Shown: positions 48,063 to 58,914 of the stretch, one piece after another | How the letters are laid out: the number at the start of each line of letters is the position of its first letter | Numbering within the stretch: the first letter of the stretch is position 1 | Origin: Desulfobacterales bacterium | GTDB taxonomy: Bacteria; Desulfobacterota; Desulfobacteria; Desulfobacterales; UBA5616 | Direction of reading: 5' to 3' | DNA length: 64,000 bases | Assembly (NCBI GenBank): GCA_046483495.1 | Contig: JAWODC010000044.1 | Coordinates: forward strand, 128,001-192,000 | Notes under the pieces: generated by a model | Databases searched by the model: none | The model's input: the letters and a program-made list of their open reading frames with translations, nothing else | Told to the model about the DNA's origin: nothing | Position numbers and translations under genes: made by a program

Positions 48063-49256
48063 ATGGACTTCTCTCTGTTGTTTTCCCCGGTTTACATCGG
48101 CAAAAAGAAGCTCAAAAACAGGATTGCCTTAGCCCCGACCGGCATGGGAACCGCCGATGACCATGGCGGGGTAACGGATCAGACCCTGTGCCATTATACG
48201 GCACGCGCAAAGGGCGGTGTCGGGATGGTCATCGTCGAACACACCATGGCGAATTTAAAATACGGTCTGGAAGGCATCGGCGCTCTGGCCTTTCATCGTG
48301 ACCGGAACCTTGCGGGAATGTATGATCTCGCCAATGCAATCAAGGCGTTTGACGCCCTGGCCGTAGTCCAGTTAAGCATAGGTTTGGGACGAGAGCCGGG
48401 TCCGGGGCTCGACTCCTTCGGCCCTTCCCCCGTTCCCGTTGAATTCGCCGCCGGCAGCATGCCCAAGGGGCTTACCGTTTTCGAGGGAATTACCGCACCA
48501 CCGCCGCGGGAATTGTCGATTCAGGAGATAGAAGAGCTCGAACATCTGTATGTGGCCTCCGCCCTGCGCATTCAGTCGGCCGGTTTTGACGGTATTGAAA
48601 TTCACGGCGGCCACGGCTATGCCCTGTCCGCCTTTCTTTCGCCTCATGCAAACCGGAGAAACGATCGATACGGAGGATCATTCGAAAAGCGGATGACGCT
48701 GGCCTTGAATCTGGTTCGAAGATGCCGAAAAGCTCTGGGTGACCGGTTCATTCTCGGGTTTCGCATCAGCGGCGATGAACATATTCCCGGCGGACGGAGT
48801 TTATCCGAAACATGTGAGATCGTACAAATCCTCGAAAAGGAGGGCATCGACTACATCCATCTCACCTCCGGCACCCTTGAATCCAAGTGTTTTACATTTC
48901 CGGACAAAAAATCGGTCCTGTTGCCCGAAGCGGAATCGGTCAAGAAGTCGGTAAGCATTCCGGTCATCTGTCCGAATATCCATGATCCCGATGTTGCCGT
49001 TGATGCCGTCAAGAGCGGAAAAATCGATGTGGTGTCCTTGTCACGCAGCCTTCTGGCGGATCCGGAATGGCCGACCAAGGTTAAAGAAGGCCGCATACAG
49101 GACATTCAAAAATGCATTTTGTGCAATACATGCCTCAAGACGCTCTTTACCGGATTTCAAACCCGGTGCGCCGTAAATCCCAATGTCGGCAGAGAGCGAT
49201 TTATGCCGGAATACTTCCCGCCGGTGCGAAAACGCGGCGAAACAATTCCCCATTAA
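48063..49256 (+). CDS. NADH:flavin oxidoreductase (Old Yellow Enzyme/enoate reductase family)
   Basis: LKNRIALAP, RAKGG, GFDGIEIHGGHGY, NRRND.YGGS, LADP, CILCNTC..C.VNP Fe-S motif; ATG 48063 after AGGAG. Confidence 0.9.
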   Translation: MDFSLLFSPVYIGKKKLKNRIALAPTGMGTADDHGGVTDQTLCHYTARAKGGVGMVIVEHTMANLKYGLEGIGALAFHRDRNLAGMYDLANAIKAFDALAVVQLSIGLGREPGPGLDSFGPSPVPVEFAAGSMPKGLTVFEGITAPPPRELSIQEIEELEHLYVASALRIQSAGFDGIEIHGGHGYALSAFLSPHANRRNDRYGGSFEKRMTLALNLVRRCRKALGDRFILGFRISGDEHIPGGRSLSETCEIVQILEKEGIDYIHLTSGTLESKCFTFPDKKSVLLPEAESVKKSVSIPVICPNIHDPDVAVDAVKSGKIDVVSLSRSLLADPEWPTKVKEGRIQDIQKCILCNTCLKTLFTGFQTRCAVNPNVGRERFMPEYFPPVRKRGETIPH

Positions 49257-49275
49257 CCCTTAACTACTTTGTTTA

Positions 49276-50385
49276 ATGCCGGCAGTTATGAAAACGACCC
49301 ATTGCATGATGTTTCAGGACGCCGCTCTTTTGCGCGGCATCGAACCGAAGAGCATCGACCTGGTGGTGACATCCCCGCCCTACCCCATGATCGAAATGTG
49401 GGATAATCTGTTTGCGATGCAATGCCCACGCGTCGACACGGCACTTGAAAAACGCCGGGGTAACGAGGCCTTCGAGCAGATGCACCGAGTGTTGGACAAC
49501 GTGTGGAAAGCGCTTTACCCCGTGTTGAAGCCCGGCGCAATATGCTGCATCAATATCGGTGATGCCGTCCGGACCATCGATAATGTTTTTGCCCTTTACG
49601 CGAATCACACTCGAATCGCCCGTTCCATGGCAACGAACGGTTTTACATCCCTGCCCTGCATCCTTTGGCGGAAACAAACCAATGCGCCCAACAAGTTTAT
49701 GGGATCCGGAATGCTGCCGGCCGGCGCGCATGTCACATTGGAGCACGAATACATTCTGATATTTCGTAAAGGTGGAAAACGGGAGTTCACAACCACGGCT
49801 GAAAAGCAACTACGACGGGAAAGCGCCTTTTTCTGGGAAGAGCGCAACACCTGGTTTTCGGATGTCTGGATGGATATCAAAGGGGCTTCCCAATCGCTCG
49901 TTTCAAAGACGGCGAGAAGGCGAAGCGCCGCCTACCCTTTCGAGCTTGCTTATCGCCTGATCAATATGTTTTCCGTTAAAGGCGATACAGTACTGGATCC
50001 CTTCATGGGCACCGGCACCACCCTGCTCGCCGCCATGGCATCTTGCAGAAACAGCTTGGGTGTTGACATCGCCCGTGAATTCGGCAACGATACGGCATCA
50101 GCCGTCCGCGGCATCGTAAAGGCAGCCAATGACCGCATCCGGCGCCGGATAGAGAATCACCTGGCATTCATCGAAACCCGAAAAGAGCAAAAAAAGGAAA
50201 TCAAGCATCTGAACAGGCCTTACGGATTTCCCGTCGTTACCTCCCAGGAAAAGGATCTTTTTTTTAACACATTGACGCAGGCGAAAGCCGTGGGAAGCGA
50301 CCGTTTCGAAGTAAAATACTCCGAAGAACCCGACCGGACAATCCGAGCCTACTACGGCGATCTATTCCTGCATGCAAAAAACTGA
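49276..50385 (+). CDS. Orphan N4-cytosine/N6-adenine DNA methyltransferase (beta class)
   Basis: Motif IV VVTSPPY precedes motif [20 protein letters not shown]. Confidence 0.9.
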   Translation: MPAVMKTTHCMMFQDAALLRGIEPKSIDLVVTSPPYPMIEMWDNLFAMQCPRVDTALEKRRGNEAFEQMHRVLDNVWKALYPVLKPGAICCINIGDAVRTIDNVFALYANHTRIARSMATNGFTSLPCILWRKQTNAPNKFMGSGMLPAGAHVTLEHEYILIFRKGGKREFTTTAEKQLRRESAFFWEERNTWFSDVWMDIKGASQSLVSKTARRRSAAYPFELAYRLINMFSVKGDTVLDPFMGTGTTLLAAMASCRNSLGVDIAREFGNDTASAVRGIVKAANDRIRRRIENHLAFIETRKEQKKEIKHLNRPYGFPVVTSQEKDLFFNTLTQAKAVGSDRFEVKYSEEPDRTIRAYYGDLFLHAKN

Positions 50386-50471
50386 CGACATGCACATGCA
50401 CGTTTCAGACACGTGACCATCATATCGAGGGAGACATTACAGCTTCTTTATTCGAAAAAGGAGGAATCACC

Positions 50472-51239
50472 ATGCAACTATCGGGCAATACAGCCATTGT
50501 CACCGGCGGTGCAAGCGGACTGGGTGCCGCTACCGTCCACCTGCTGCACCGGCACGATGCCAATGTCATGATCGCGGATATAAACGGCGCCGGCGCCGAA
50601 TCGCTGGCTGAAAGGCTCGGCGAGCGCGCGGCCTGTTGCCGGGTGGACGTCACCCAAACCGACGAGGTTCAGGCATGCATTCAACAAACCATGGATGCCT
50701 TCGGGGCGATTCATATCCTGGTAAACTGCGCCGGCACGAGCTTCCCGATGAAAACCGTCGGAAAAGACGGCCCCCATGACCTGGGCGTCTTCAAAAAGGT
50801 GGTCGAGATCAATCTGTTCGGCACGTTTGATTTTCTCCGGCTGTCGGCGTTTCACATGCAGGCGAATGAACCCAATGCGTATATGGAACGGGGGGTGATC
50901 GTCAACACTGCCTCGGTTGCCGCATTTGACGGCCAAATCGGCCAGGCATGCTATTCGGCATCCAAGGCGGGCATAGTGGGAATGACCCTGCCCATTGCCC
51001 GCGACCTCGCCCGGAGCGGCATCAGAGTCTGCACCATAGCCCCCGGTTTATTCGATACGCCCCTTTTAGCGGCGCTTCCCGAGGAGGCCAAAGCATCTTT
51101 AGGCAAACAAACTCCCTTTCCCCCCAGACTCGGAAGGCCTGAAGAATACGCTCACATGGCAAAAGCGATTATCGAGAATCCCATGATGAACGGTGAAACG
51201 ATACGGCTTGACGGGGCCATCCGCATGGCTCCCAAATAA
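50472..51239 (+). CDS. 3-hydroxyacyl-CoA dehydrogenase type-2 (HSD10-like SDR)
   Basis: [51 protein letters not shown]. Confidence 0.92.
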   Translation: MQLSGNTAIVTGGASGLGAATVHLLHRHDANVMIADINGAGAESLAERLGERAACCRVDVTQTDEVQACIQQTMDAFGAIHILVNCAGTSFPMKTVGKDGPHDLGVFKKVVEINLFGTFDFLRLSAFHMQANEPNAYMERGVIVNTASVAAFDGQIGQACYSASKAGIVGMTLPIARDLARSGIRVCTIAPGLFDTPLLAALPEEAKASLGKQTPFPPRLGRPEEYAHMAKAIIENPMMNGETIRLDGAIRMAPK

Positions 51240-51330
51240 CGCGTGGTGCATCGGTTGCGGGAACCAAAGAACATTTCCATGCAATTGTGTTCGGATCCAA
51301 AAAAACGATGCCCATATCAGGAGAAGTAAA

Positions 51331-52074
51331 ATGGCAGATTTGATTTTACGGGAAGATAAAGACGGCTTGGCCGCGCTGATGCTGAATCGGCCGGAAAAAC
51401 TCAACGCATTGAATGTCGACCTTTTTATTGAACTGCGGAAGCACATCGAAGATATCGAAAAGCAGATCGATACCATCGGCTGCGTGGTCGTTAGGGGCAA
51501 CGGCCGGTGCTTTTCCGCCGGACACGATCTCAAGGACCTGGGCGCCGGTGAAAAGCCGCCTTCCGAGCACTTTCAGTCGGAAACCGTTGCGCGGCTGGCG
51601 AACCTGCCCCAGCCGGTGATATCCGCGGTTCACGGCCACTGCTACACCGGGGCACTGGAACTGGCCCTGGCCGGGGACATCATCATCGCTGCGGAGTCCG
51701 CCCTGTTCGCCGATACGCACGGCCGGTGGGCATTGACGCCGATCTGGGGCATGAGCCAGCGCCTGCCCAGAAGAGTCGGGTCGGCAAAGGCGCGGGAAAT
51801 GATGTTTACGGCCAAAACGTATACCGCACGGGAAGCGCTGGCCATGGGACTTGCCAATATATGCGTGCCGGATGACCGCTTCGATGCCGAAACTCAGGTG
51901 CTTGCGTCATCCATTTTGGCGAATTCCTGGTTTTCCAACCGCGCCAACAAGAAACTGCTGAAAGAGACGGACGGCATGCCGCTTGCAGAAGGGCTTCGGT
52001 ACGAAGTGGACCACAACGAGGGTCATGGCCCGGATGCATTCGAGCGCATGAGCGCTTTCGGCAAAAAGAAGTAA
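51331..52074 (+). CDS. Enoyl-CoA hydratase/isomerase family protein
   Basis: ATG 51331 after AGGAG; LNRPEKLNAL, FSAGHDL, GALELALAGD, FADTH. Confidence 0.92.
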   Translation: MADLILREDKDGLAALMLNRPEKLNALNVDLFIELRKHIEDIEKQIDTIGCVVVRGNGRCFSAGHDLKDLGAGEKPPSEHFQSETVARLANLPQPVISAVHGHCYTGALELALAGDIIIAAESALFADTHGRWALTPIWGMSQRLPRRVGSAKAREMMFTAKTYTAREALAMGLANICVPDDRFDAETQVLASSILANSWFSNRANKKLLKETDGMPLAEGLRYEVDHNEGHGPDAFERMSAFGKKK

Positions 52075-52183
52075 AACCGCACGAAGGTGATTATCCCGCT
52101 GAGATCGTCCGGCCGCGTAACGGGCAGCGGCCGGACGAAAAAAATCCGACAGTCGTGTTAGAATCCGGTGTCCTTCTATTCGT

Positions 52184-54631
52184 CTACGGCTTGGCCATTG
52201 ACGGGCTCAACACCGGTTCATCGGAAGCAGACGCCACCGGCTGGACAGCTTCATCCTTGATCAGATAACGCGCCAGTGCAGGCAGGAGAACCATGGCGCC
52301 CACCATATTCCAGAGAAACATGAAGGTTAACAAAAATCCCATGTCCGCCTGGAATTTAATCGGCGAAAACGCCCAGGTCGCCACACCGATGGACAAGGTG
52401 ATGCCGGTAAACGAAACCGCCCGGCCCGTGGTATTCAACGTCCGGTAGTAGGCGGCGGTCAGTTTATGACCTCTTTCCCGGTAATATAAAAGCCGATTGT
52501 ATATATAGATACCGTAATCCACACCGATGCCGACACCCACCGCAATGACGGGAAGGGTGGCCACCTTGATGCCGATGCCCGTTTTCGCCATCAGCGCCTC
52601 GCACAATACAGAGGTTAAAACGAGCGGCGTAACGACGCATATGGCGCCCCTGAAGTTGCGATAGGTCACCAGGCAGACCAGAAAAACGACGGCGTAAACC
52701 AACATCGTCAACATCACGAGCGCTTTTTCCACCTCGATATTCGTGGCCGCTTCGATGCCGGCGTTCCCTGCAGCCATGAGGAACCGGTATGTATCGGTGT
52801 CGTATTCTTGAGAAAAGGCTTCAACAGTCGCTACGACTCGTTCCAGCGTCTCCGCCTTGTGATCATCCAGAAACACCATGATCGGTGTCAGGTCACCGGT
52901 CTGCTTTTGAAAATCCGTAGGGATCTTGAGCACCATGTTGTCGAGTGCGACCTTGCTTCGAGGCAACGCCGTCCATTTGAGATTGCCTTCCATGAAGGCC
53001 GAATTGAGCATTTTCAAAAAGGCTACATGGCTTTTGACCATTTGAACGCCTTTCAGCCCCGACAGCTGCCACACCAGTTTGTCCGTCGCCACCACCACTG
53101 GATATGAACTGTTGCCCGCCGGCGGTGTTTTCAGCATCACCACAAAGACATCGCTGCTGGTCGAGTAATGTTCGTTCATGTAGGCATTATCCCGGTTGTA
53201 CCGCGAATCCGTCCGCAATTCAGGGGCCCCGGGATCCAGGTCGCCGGTTTTTAAATCCTGCCGGGCCCAGAGGCCGCCCGCAAGCCCTATGATAGCCAGG
53301 GCGATGGCCACATTTGCATATCGCGTTTGCGTGAATTTCGACAAAAACACCCATGCGGGATGGTCGGTGCCGGCCTCTCGCTTTTTCAACAATTCGATCG
53401 TTTTTTGACTGATGCCGGAATAGGACATCAGGATAGGCAGCAAGGACAAATCGGTAAAGGCCACAACAGCCACACCGATACTGGCGCCGACGGCGATATC
53501 CTGGATAACACCGATGCGTATGGACATCAGTGTGGCAAATCCGATACAGTCGGTCAGCAGCGCCGCCAGGCCGGGTCTGTATATCTGACGGTAAGCCAGC
53601 CGTGCGGCTTTCAGCTTGTCGGCACCGCCGATCATTTCATGGGCCATGGCATTGAACATCTGAATACCGTGGCTGACGCCCAATGCAAACATCAGAAAGG
53701 GGACCAGCATGGAATAGGGATTCATGCCGTAGCCGAACAGCCGCATGATGCCCAATTGCCATATGACAGCCACTATAGAGGAAATGGCACGCATGGCCGT
53801 GCTCTTGACGCACCTCGAGTTAAACCACAGCAAAAATAAGAGAATGAAAAAGGCGATCAAGAAAAATAGAAGGACACGGGTCGATCCCTCGATCAAATCA
53901 CCGACGATTTTGGCGAACCCGGTGATGTGGATCTTGATCGTGTCGCTTTGGAAACGGGTCCTGAGATCTTCGAGCTTTTGTGAAAAAACCTGGTAATCCA
54001 GCGGCTTGCCCGTCTCGGGGTCAATATCGTACAGGGGTGCTACAATGACGCTGGATTTGAAATCGTTGGCCACGAGGCTGCCGACCTCACCGGATTTGAG
54101 AACATTCAACCGAACTTGGTCGAGACTGGCCTGACTGCCGTTGTACGTCGGTGGTATGACCTCCCCACCTGCAAATCCCTCTTCGGTCACTTCCGTCCAA
54201 CGGGTGATCGGTGTCCAAAGAGACTTGAGGCCGCTTCGATTCACGCCGGAAACATAAAAGACCTCATCGGTCATGTTTTTCAGGACTTCCATGTATTCTT
54301 CGGTATAAATATCCCCCTGGGTGGTCTCCACGCAAATGCGCACACGATTGCCCAATCCCCTGAGGTCTTCCTGGTGGGCAATGTAATTTTTAATATAAGG
54401 ATGATAGGTTGGAATCATCCTCAGAAAACTCGCCTCGGGTCTCATCTGCAGCATGTGATACCCGAGGAAAACGGTGATCAGTGTGAATACGGCCAAAAAC
54501 AGCGGACGATTGGCAAACAGCAGCCGCTCGAGCAAGGGGGCGCTGTCCAGGTATGAATCCCCTTCATATTCATAGGCATCGTCGTTTATGTTCAGGTCAT
54601 TACCCAATGATGTATTCTTCTTCCGGGTCAT
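52184..54631 (-). CDS. RND-superfamily (MMPL-type) transporter
   Basis: Two repeats of TM + periplasmic loop + 5 TM; GVGIGVDYG, TGRAV, KFQADMG. Confidence 0.9.
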   Translation of the reverse strand: MTRKKNTSLGNDLNINDDAYEYEGDSYLDSAPLLERLLFANRPLFLAVFTLITVFLGYHMLQMRPEASFLRMIPTYHPYIKNYIAHQEDLRGLGNRVRICVETTQGDIYTEEYMEVLKNMTDEVFYVSGVNRSGLKSLWTPITRWTEVTEEGFAGGEVIPPTYNGSQASLDQVRLNVLKSGEVGSLVANDFKSSVIVAPLYDIDPETGKPLDYQVFSQKLEDLRTRFQSDTIKIHITGFAKIVGDLIEGSTRVLLFFLIAFFILLFLLWFNSRCVKSTAMRAISSIVAVIWQLGIMRLFGYGMNPYSMLVPFLMFALGVSHGIQMFNAMAHEMIGGADKLKAARLAYRQIYRPGLAALLTDCIGFATLMSIRIGVIQDIAVGASIGVAVVAFTDLSLLPILMSYSGISQKTIELLKKREAGTDHPAWVFLSKFTQTRYANVAIALAIIGLAGGLWARQDLKTGDLDPGAPELRTDSRYNRDNAYMNEHYSTSSDVFVVMLKTPPAGNSSYPVVVATDKLVWQLSGLKGVQMVKSHVAFLKMLNSAFMEGNLKWTALPRSKVALDNMVLKIPTDFQKQTGDLTPIMVFLDDHKAETLERVVATVEAFSQEYDTDTYRFLMAAGNAGIEAATNIEVEKALVMLTMLVYAVVFLVCLVTYRNFRGAICVVTPLVLTSVLCEALMAKTGIGIKVATLPVIAVGVGIGVDYGIYIYNRLLYYRERGHKLTAAYYRTLNTTGRAVSFTGITLSIGVATWAFSPIKFQADMGFLLTFMFLWNMVGAMVLLPALARYLIKDEAVQPVASASDEPVLSPSMAKP

Positions 54632-54637
54632 TACGGT

Positions 54638-55828
54638 TTATCCTTTTTCTCTGCGGATTGGATCATTGAGATCTATTCGGGTATATCCTCTCAATCCAAC
54701 CACCATAAGAACGTTTTCTTCGGGCTCTGCCAGAGAAATGCTCCCCGGAAAACGCACCGGAAGGCGGCTGAACGTTTTTCCGCCGTCAATGCTACGCATG
54801 ACATATCCATCGACTCCGGCGATGCAAAGAGAGCCGTCTGAAAGAAGTAAGCCTCCGGAGATGGATGCGGTCATTCCGGTATCCAGCGCGGACCATGTTT
54901 CTCCCCTGTCACGGGACATATACATGTGCCCCCGCAGCCCGTATGCGGCTACAAAGCCGCCTCCAGGATCTGCGACTATGCCGAAGAAGGATCCTTCATA
55001 AGGCGATTCCAAGGCCTTCCAGGTTCTGCCGAAATCTTCGGAGCGAAACAGCATACCCCCCTCCCCCGCCATGAACAAATCACTGCCGCATCGGGTGATA
55101 CCGTAAAAATGATACCCATAGGGGTTATAGATTTGATCCAGCAGCGGTTTCCAATGTTTCCCACCGTCATCCGTCCTGAAAATCATGCCGAATGAACCGA
55201 TTACGAGTCCTTCCCGCTCATTTTTGAACCAAACATCCATCAGAGGCCGCGTCGGGCCTTCTTCCACCGCCAGTTCGACATCGCTGAGAAAAAATCCGAG
55301 ATCTTCAATTTCAATTTTGAGCGTTTCTTTAGCATCTTCATCGAGCCCGGAATTTTCGTCCTCCAGCATGGCGGTCTTTTCGCGAATCATCTGCTTTAAT
55401 TGCGCGAAGATAAGATCATTGATTTTTCGGCCGTCCAACTGCTTGACCCATGTTCGGCCGCCGTCTTCAGAGTGCAAAATCACCCCGTCGTGCCCGACGG
55501 CCCATCCCTTTTCAGTCGTAGGGAAGTGAACCGCCGTAAGCGTGACACTGACCGGAACATCCGCCTGGTCCCAATCATTGCAGGCGGAATCCGACCTTAA
55601 AATAAACCCGCGTTCTCCGACCGTGAATATTTTACCGTTTACACACTGGATATCCATCAATATCGAATTCGCCGCCCTTTCCGATTTTTCCGCCGGCATT
55701 TCCAGCAGGTCGCCGGGGTCCTGCGCAAAAACCGGTCCGGCGATAAAGAGCATGAACAATCCAATGAACAGTCCCGGCCATCGTCCACCACTTCCTGTAA
55801 ATCGCTTTCCCGCGTATCTAATCGTCAT
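54638..55828 (-). CDS. YCF48-like / BNR-repeat beta-propeller protein
   Basis: Signal peptide; repeated S.DGG.TW BNR motifs; VGERG, AVGHDG, GLRG. Confidence 0.88.
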   Translation of the reverse strand: MTIRYAGKRFTGSGGRWPGLFIGLFMLFIAGPVFAQDPGDLLEMPAEKSERAANSILMDIQCVNGKIFTVGERGFILRSDSACNDWDQADVPVSVTLTAVHFPTTEKGWAVGHDGVILHSEDGGRTWVKQLDGRKINDLIFAQLKQMIREKTAMLEDENSGLDEDAKETLKIEIEDLGFFLSDVELAVEEGPTRPLMDVWFKNEREGLVIGSFGMIFRTDDGGKHWKPLLDQIYNPYGYHFYGITRCGSDLFMAGEGGMLFRSEDFGRTWKALESPYEGSFFGIVADPGGGFVAAYGLRGHMYMSRDRGETWSALDTGMTASISGGLLLSDGSLCIAGVDGYVMRSIDGGKTFSRLPVRFPGSISLAEPEENVLMVVGLRGYTRIDLNDPIRREKG

Positions 55829-55927
55829 TATTTACTTTCCCATTCATGTAATTATGCCGTCTGCCTTCGATGCGTCTCGCGGCCTCCCATCGTTCCGGAA
55901 AACCGGAGACGCATGCCTTTTTGTCGG

Positions 55928-57322
55928 CTATCGTTTTCCAATTTTACGAACGTTTTCCGGTGTCAGTACGTCAGGCGGCACATCCTCCCACCACAGGACT
56001 TTGCCTTGGTCTTCATAACCGTTAAGCATTCCGCTTGTGGCATAACTGTCCGTCTGGAAATCATAGAGTGCGTAGCAGCGCTGCACCCAGCAGGGCATCG
56101 CATAATTGGCATATTGGGCGTTCATATGCATCCGCCAGAGGTTGCCGCGCGTATCGTACTTGTCATGCAGTGAATTGTTCCAGGAATCTTCATCCATATA
56201 AAGGACCCGTTTGCCGTAGCAATGGCGTTTGCCCTCTTTGAGGGTGGCCTCCACGACCCATGTCCGGTGCAGCTCCCAGCGGAAATATTCCGGATTCCAG
56301 TGGTAAGGCGTCAACAGATCGTCAACAGGCGCCAAATCGATTTGATAGGAATTATAGCCGATAAAAATTTCCTTTTTCCCCAGCAGCTTCCAGTCGAACC
56401 GGTCGATCTGACTGTTGAACATATAGGCATCGTCATAAGTGGCCAATCCGCCGTAGGAGGGGTTGGGCGTGTCGTAGGCGATGCTCGGGGCGCGCCTCAC
56501 CCGGCGCTGTCCGGGCATGTACTGCCAGTTCCCCTTGTCCGCGATCCGGGTATAATCTAAAGGCGCTATGGACAGAATGATTTCACCTTTCCGGCGGGCA
56601 GGCTCGAAGTACTCGATCAGCACGCCTGACAGCCACCCGCTCCAGGTCTCGAGGGACCCGTCTTTGTCATAATATGGAACGTCGAAGGTGTAATACGCAC
56701 CGCCGCCCACCGTCTTGCTGCCGTTGGCATGCACCAGCCAGCACCGTGTGAGCTCGCCGTGGTCCCCGCCGCTCCAGCGGCATTGATGATTGAAAACCAC
56801 CTCCGCCCCGTGCTTGGGAATGGGAAACGGGACGCCGGCATATCCGCCGCGGGCACCGTTCTTGTCCTCGGTCAGTTCGAAGGTCAGGGCGTTCTGGTAC
56901 GTGTTGTCATACACCCACTGGGGTGCGGCAAACGTTCGTCGGCTGGGGTACACATGCATTTTCCAGGTCTCGGGGTATTTCTTGAACATCTCCTTCACGC
57001 CATCGGAAAGCTTGTCCGCGTATTCGCCCATGTTTTCGGCGGTGATGGTGAACAGTATTTCGTCATCGGCGAAGGGGTCGGGGAAGGTTCCGCCCGAAGC
57101 CGGGTCGTACTGTACATTGTCCGGAATGGCGGTCAAACCGCCCTCCCACGCGGGAATCGTGCCATCGGCATTGCCCGCCCGCTCGGCCCCCGTGGGGGTC
57201 AAATCCTTTTTCAGGCGCTCCGCCTCTTCTACCGATACCTTGGCCTGGAGCGGCAGTGCCGCCCACAAAAAACCGATTACCAGAAGCAAAATACTTATTT
57301 TTTTCCTTACGTTTTGCATCAT
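55928..57322 (-). CDS. DUF1329 family periplasmic protein
   Basis: LTPTGAERAGNADGTIPAWEGG, PFPIP, Y.PGQRRVRRAP, RWELHRTWVVEATLK, YDTRGNLWR. Confidence 0.9.
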   Translation of the reverse strand: MMQNVRKKISILLLVIGFLWAALPLQAKVSVEEAERLKKDLTPTGAERAGNADGTIPAWEGGLTAIPDNVQYDPASGGTFPDPFADDEILFTITAENMGEYADKLSDGVKEMFKKYPETWKMHVYPSRRTFAAPQWVYDNTYQNALTFELTEDKNGARGGYAGVPFPIPKHGAEVVFNHQCRWSGGDHGELTRCWLVHANGSKTVGGGAYYTFDVPYYDKDGSLETWSGWLSGVLIEYFEPARRKGEIILSIAPLDYTRIADKGNWQYMPGQRRVRRAPSIAYDTPNPSYGGLATYDDAYMFNSQIDRFDWKLLGKKEIFIGYNSYQIDLAPVDDLLTPYHWNPEYFRWELHRTWVVEATLKEGKRHCYGKRVLYMDEDSWNNSLHDKYDTRGNLWRMHMNAQYANYAMPCWVQRCYALYDFQTDSYATSGMLNGYEDQGKVLWWEDVPPDVLTPENVRKIGKR

Positions 57323-57354
57323 TGAATCCTCCGTGTTTAAAAACGATTACATCG

Positions 57355-58914
57355 TTAAAAGGTGTACTTCAGGTCCACACCGATAAAGTCGCGGTCTGCC
57401 AGACCGTACCGGTTGTTATTGAAATACGCCACATACTTGAGATTGGCCTTGTAGACGTTCTTCCAGGTGAAGTTGACCCCGATGGACCCGCTGTCCTGAC
57501 CCTCTTGAAACGTGTTGTTCGGGGATGAGCCGTTGGGAAAATACTTAAAATTGATGGGGAATTCCACGTCGAGATTGGGAATCAATTGGTAGTACTTCGG
57601 GGTGACGGCCAGCGCCAATCCCCAGGAAAAGTCACTGGGTTCCATGTCATCGTTGTCCAGCCCCTGGACCTTGTTCATCCCCACCTCGCCGGCGATGGTC
57701 ACGTCATCGAAAACGGGATTCTGGCCTAAAAGGTAGAGCCAGGACAACTGGGCCTGGACCATGTTGCCGGGTTCGTACACAAACGAGGTGATGTTGATCG
57801 GATAGTCCTTGCGATAGGTGATTTCACCGCTGACCTGAACCTGCCCGACCAGCGAGCTGAAGCTGGCGCCGTAAAGTTTGATGTCTTCTCCATAACCCAG
57901 ATAGTATCTAAAGGTAAAAGGATCTAAGAGCACCATCGGAGCCTTTTCGTGGTAATTGATATAATAGAAGCCGAATTCGGTCTCGAGCAGCTGATGGGAA
58001 CGGTACATCAACATAAAGCCGTATTGGCCGCCTTCACTCGGATCGTCATCGTTTCCTCGACGGATTAAAATAGGTGCTCCTGTTTCCGGGTTCACACCGG
58101 CAATAATAGCGTAACCGGCCTGATCCAGCATATCGGTAGTGCTGAAGTAGCTTCCGGATTCATTCAGAATGTGCTCCTCCCATTCCCATTGGTAAAAGGC
58201 CGCCATGGAAAGGTTGCTCAAAAGGTCCATGCGCATGGATACCGACTCCGACGGCAGGTAGATCTCCCGCAGCTCCACTCCGGGGACATTGGCCGCCGTG
58301 AGGTCCGCATGGCTCATGGCCGATGCGACACCGCCGGACAGATAGAGCTGCTCGCCCCATGCGATCACCTGCTGGCCCACCCGCAGATCCACGAGACGGC
58401 TGAGCAACTCGAAGTTGGCATAGGCGAAATAATCCAGGATGTCTACGTCGTATCCCATCACCTCCTCGAGTTCGTCGTCGAACTCGTCCGGTTCGTCTAT
58501 GGCGCCCGCCAGAAAGTTATTGTTGAATGGGTGTTTGGCCAGACCAGGATTGGAGTTTTCGTTCATGTAGACAAAATCGTAGAACGCCCGGGGCCGAAGA
58601 AAGACACCGACATTCTTGTGCTGAATGTCGATGTCGGCGATGGCGCTGAACCGGTTGTTGATCATGTCCCACTGGTCGAAGTTCCATCCGCCGTCATCGC
58701 TGTTTATACCCCCGGGAAGTTTCATCGCCACATTGTCCAGATCGCGGTCCTCCACCCGCCATCCGCCGGCCCAGGACAGGGTCACGTCGAAATCGACGAT
58801 GGTGTCCCTGCTTAGACCGAACCGCATGGCGTCCGCCGACCCACACACCAGGAAAACACCGAAAACCAAAACAACAAAACCTAACATGTTTCTTCGATTC
58901 TTTTTGTACCTCAT
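57355..58914 (-). CDS. DUF1302 family outer-membrane beta-barrel protein
   Basis: ATG 58914 after GAGGAG; NSDDG.WNF, GQQVIAWGE, PGVELREI, YYINYH.K.P, DRDF, C-terminal Phe. Confidence 0.88.
   Translation of the reverse strand: MRYKKNRRNMLGFVVLVFGVFLVCGSADAMRFGLSRDTIVDFDVTLSWAGGWRVEDRDLDNVAMKLPGGINSDDGGWNFDQWDMINNRFSAIADIDIQHKNVGVFLRPRAFYDFVYMNENSNPGLAKHPFNNNFLAGAIDEPDEFDDELEEVMGYDVDILDYFAYANFELLSRLVDLRVGQQVIAWGEQLYLSGGVASAMSHADLTAANVPGVELREIYLPSESVSMRMDLLSNLSMAAFYQWEWEEHILNESGSYFSTTDMLDQAGYAIIAGVNPETGAPILIRRGNDDDPSEGGQYGFMLMYRSHQLLETEFGFYYINYHEKAPMVLLDPFTFRYYLGYGEDIKLYGASFSSLVGQVQVSGEITYRKDYPINITSFVYEPGNMVQAQLSWLYLLGQNPVFDDVTIAGEVGMNKVQGLDNDDMEPSDFSWGLALAVTPKYYQLIPNLDVEFPINFKYFPNGSSPNNTFQEGQDSGSIGVNFTWKNVYKANLKYVAYFNNNRYGLADRDFIGVDLKYTF

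Noticed and set aside
52105..52144. Hairpin between the crotonase and RND genes as a canonical intrinsic terminator
   Set aside because: The stem is strong, but no U-tract follows it on either strand.
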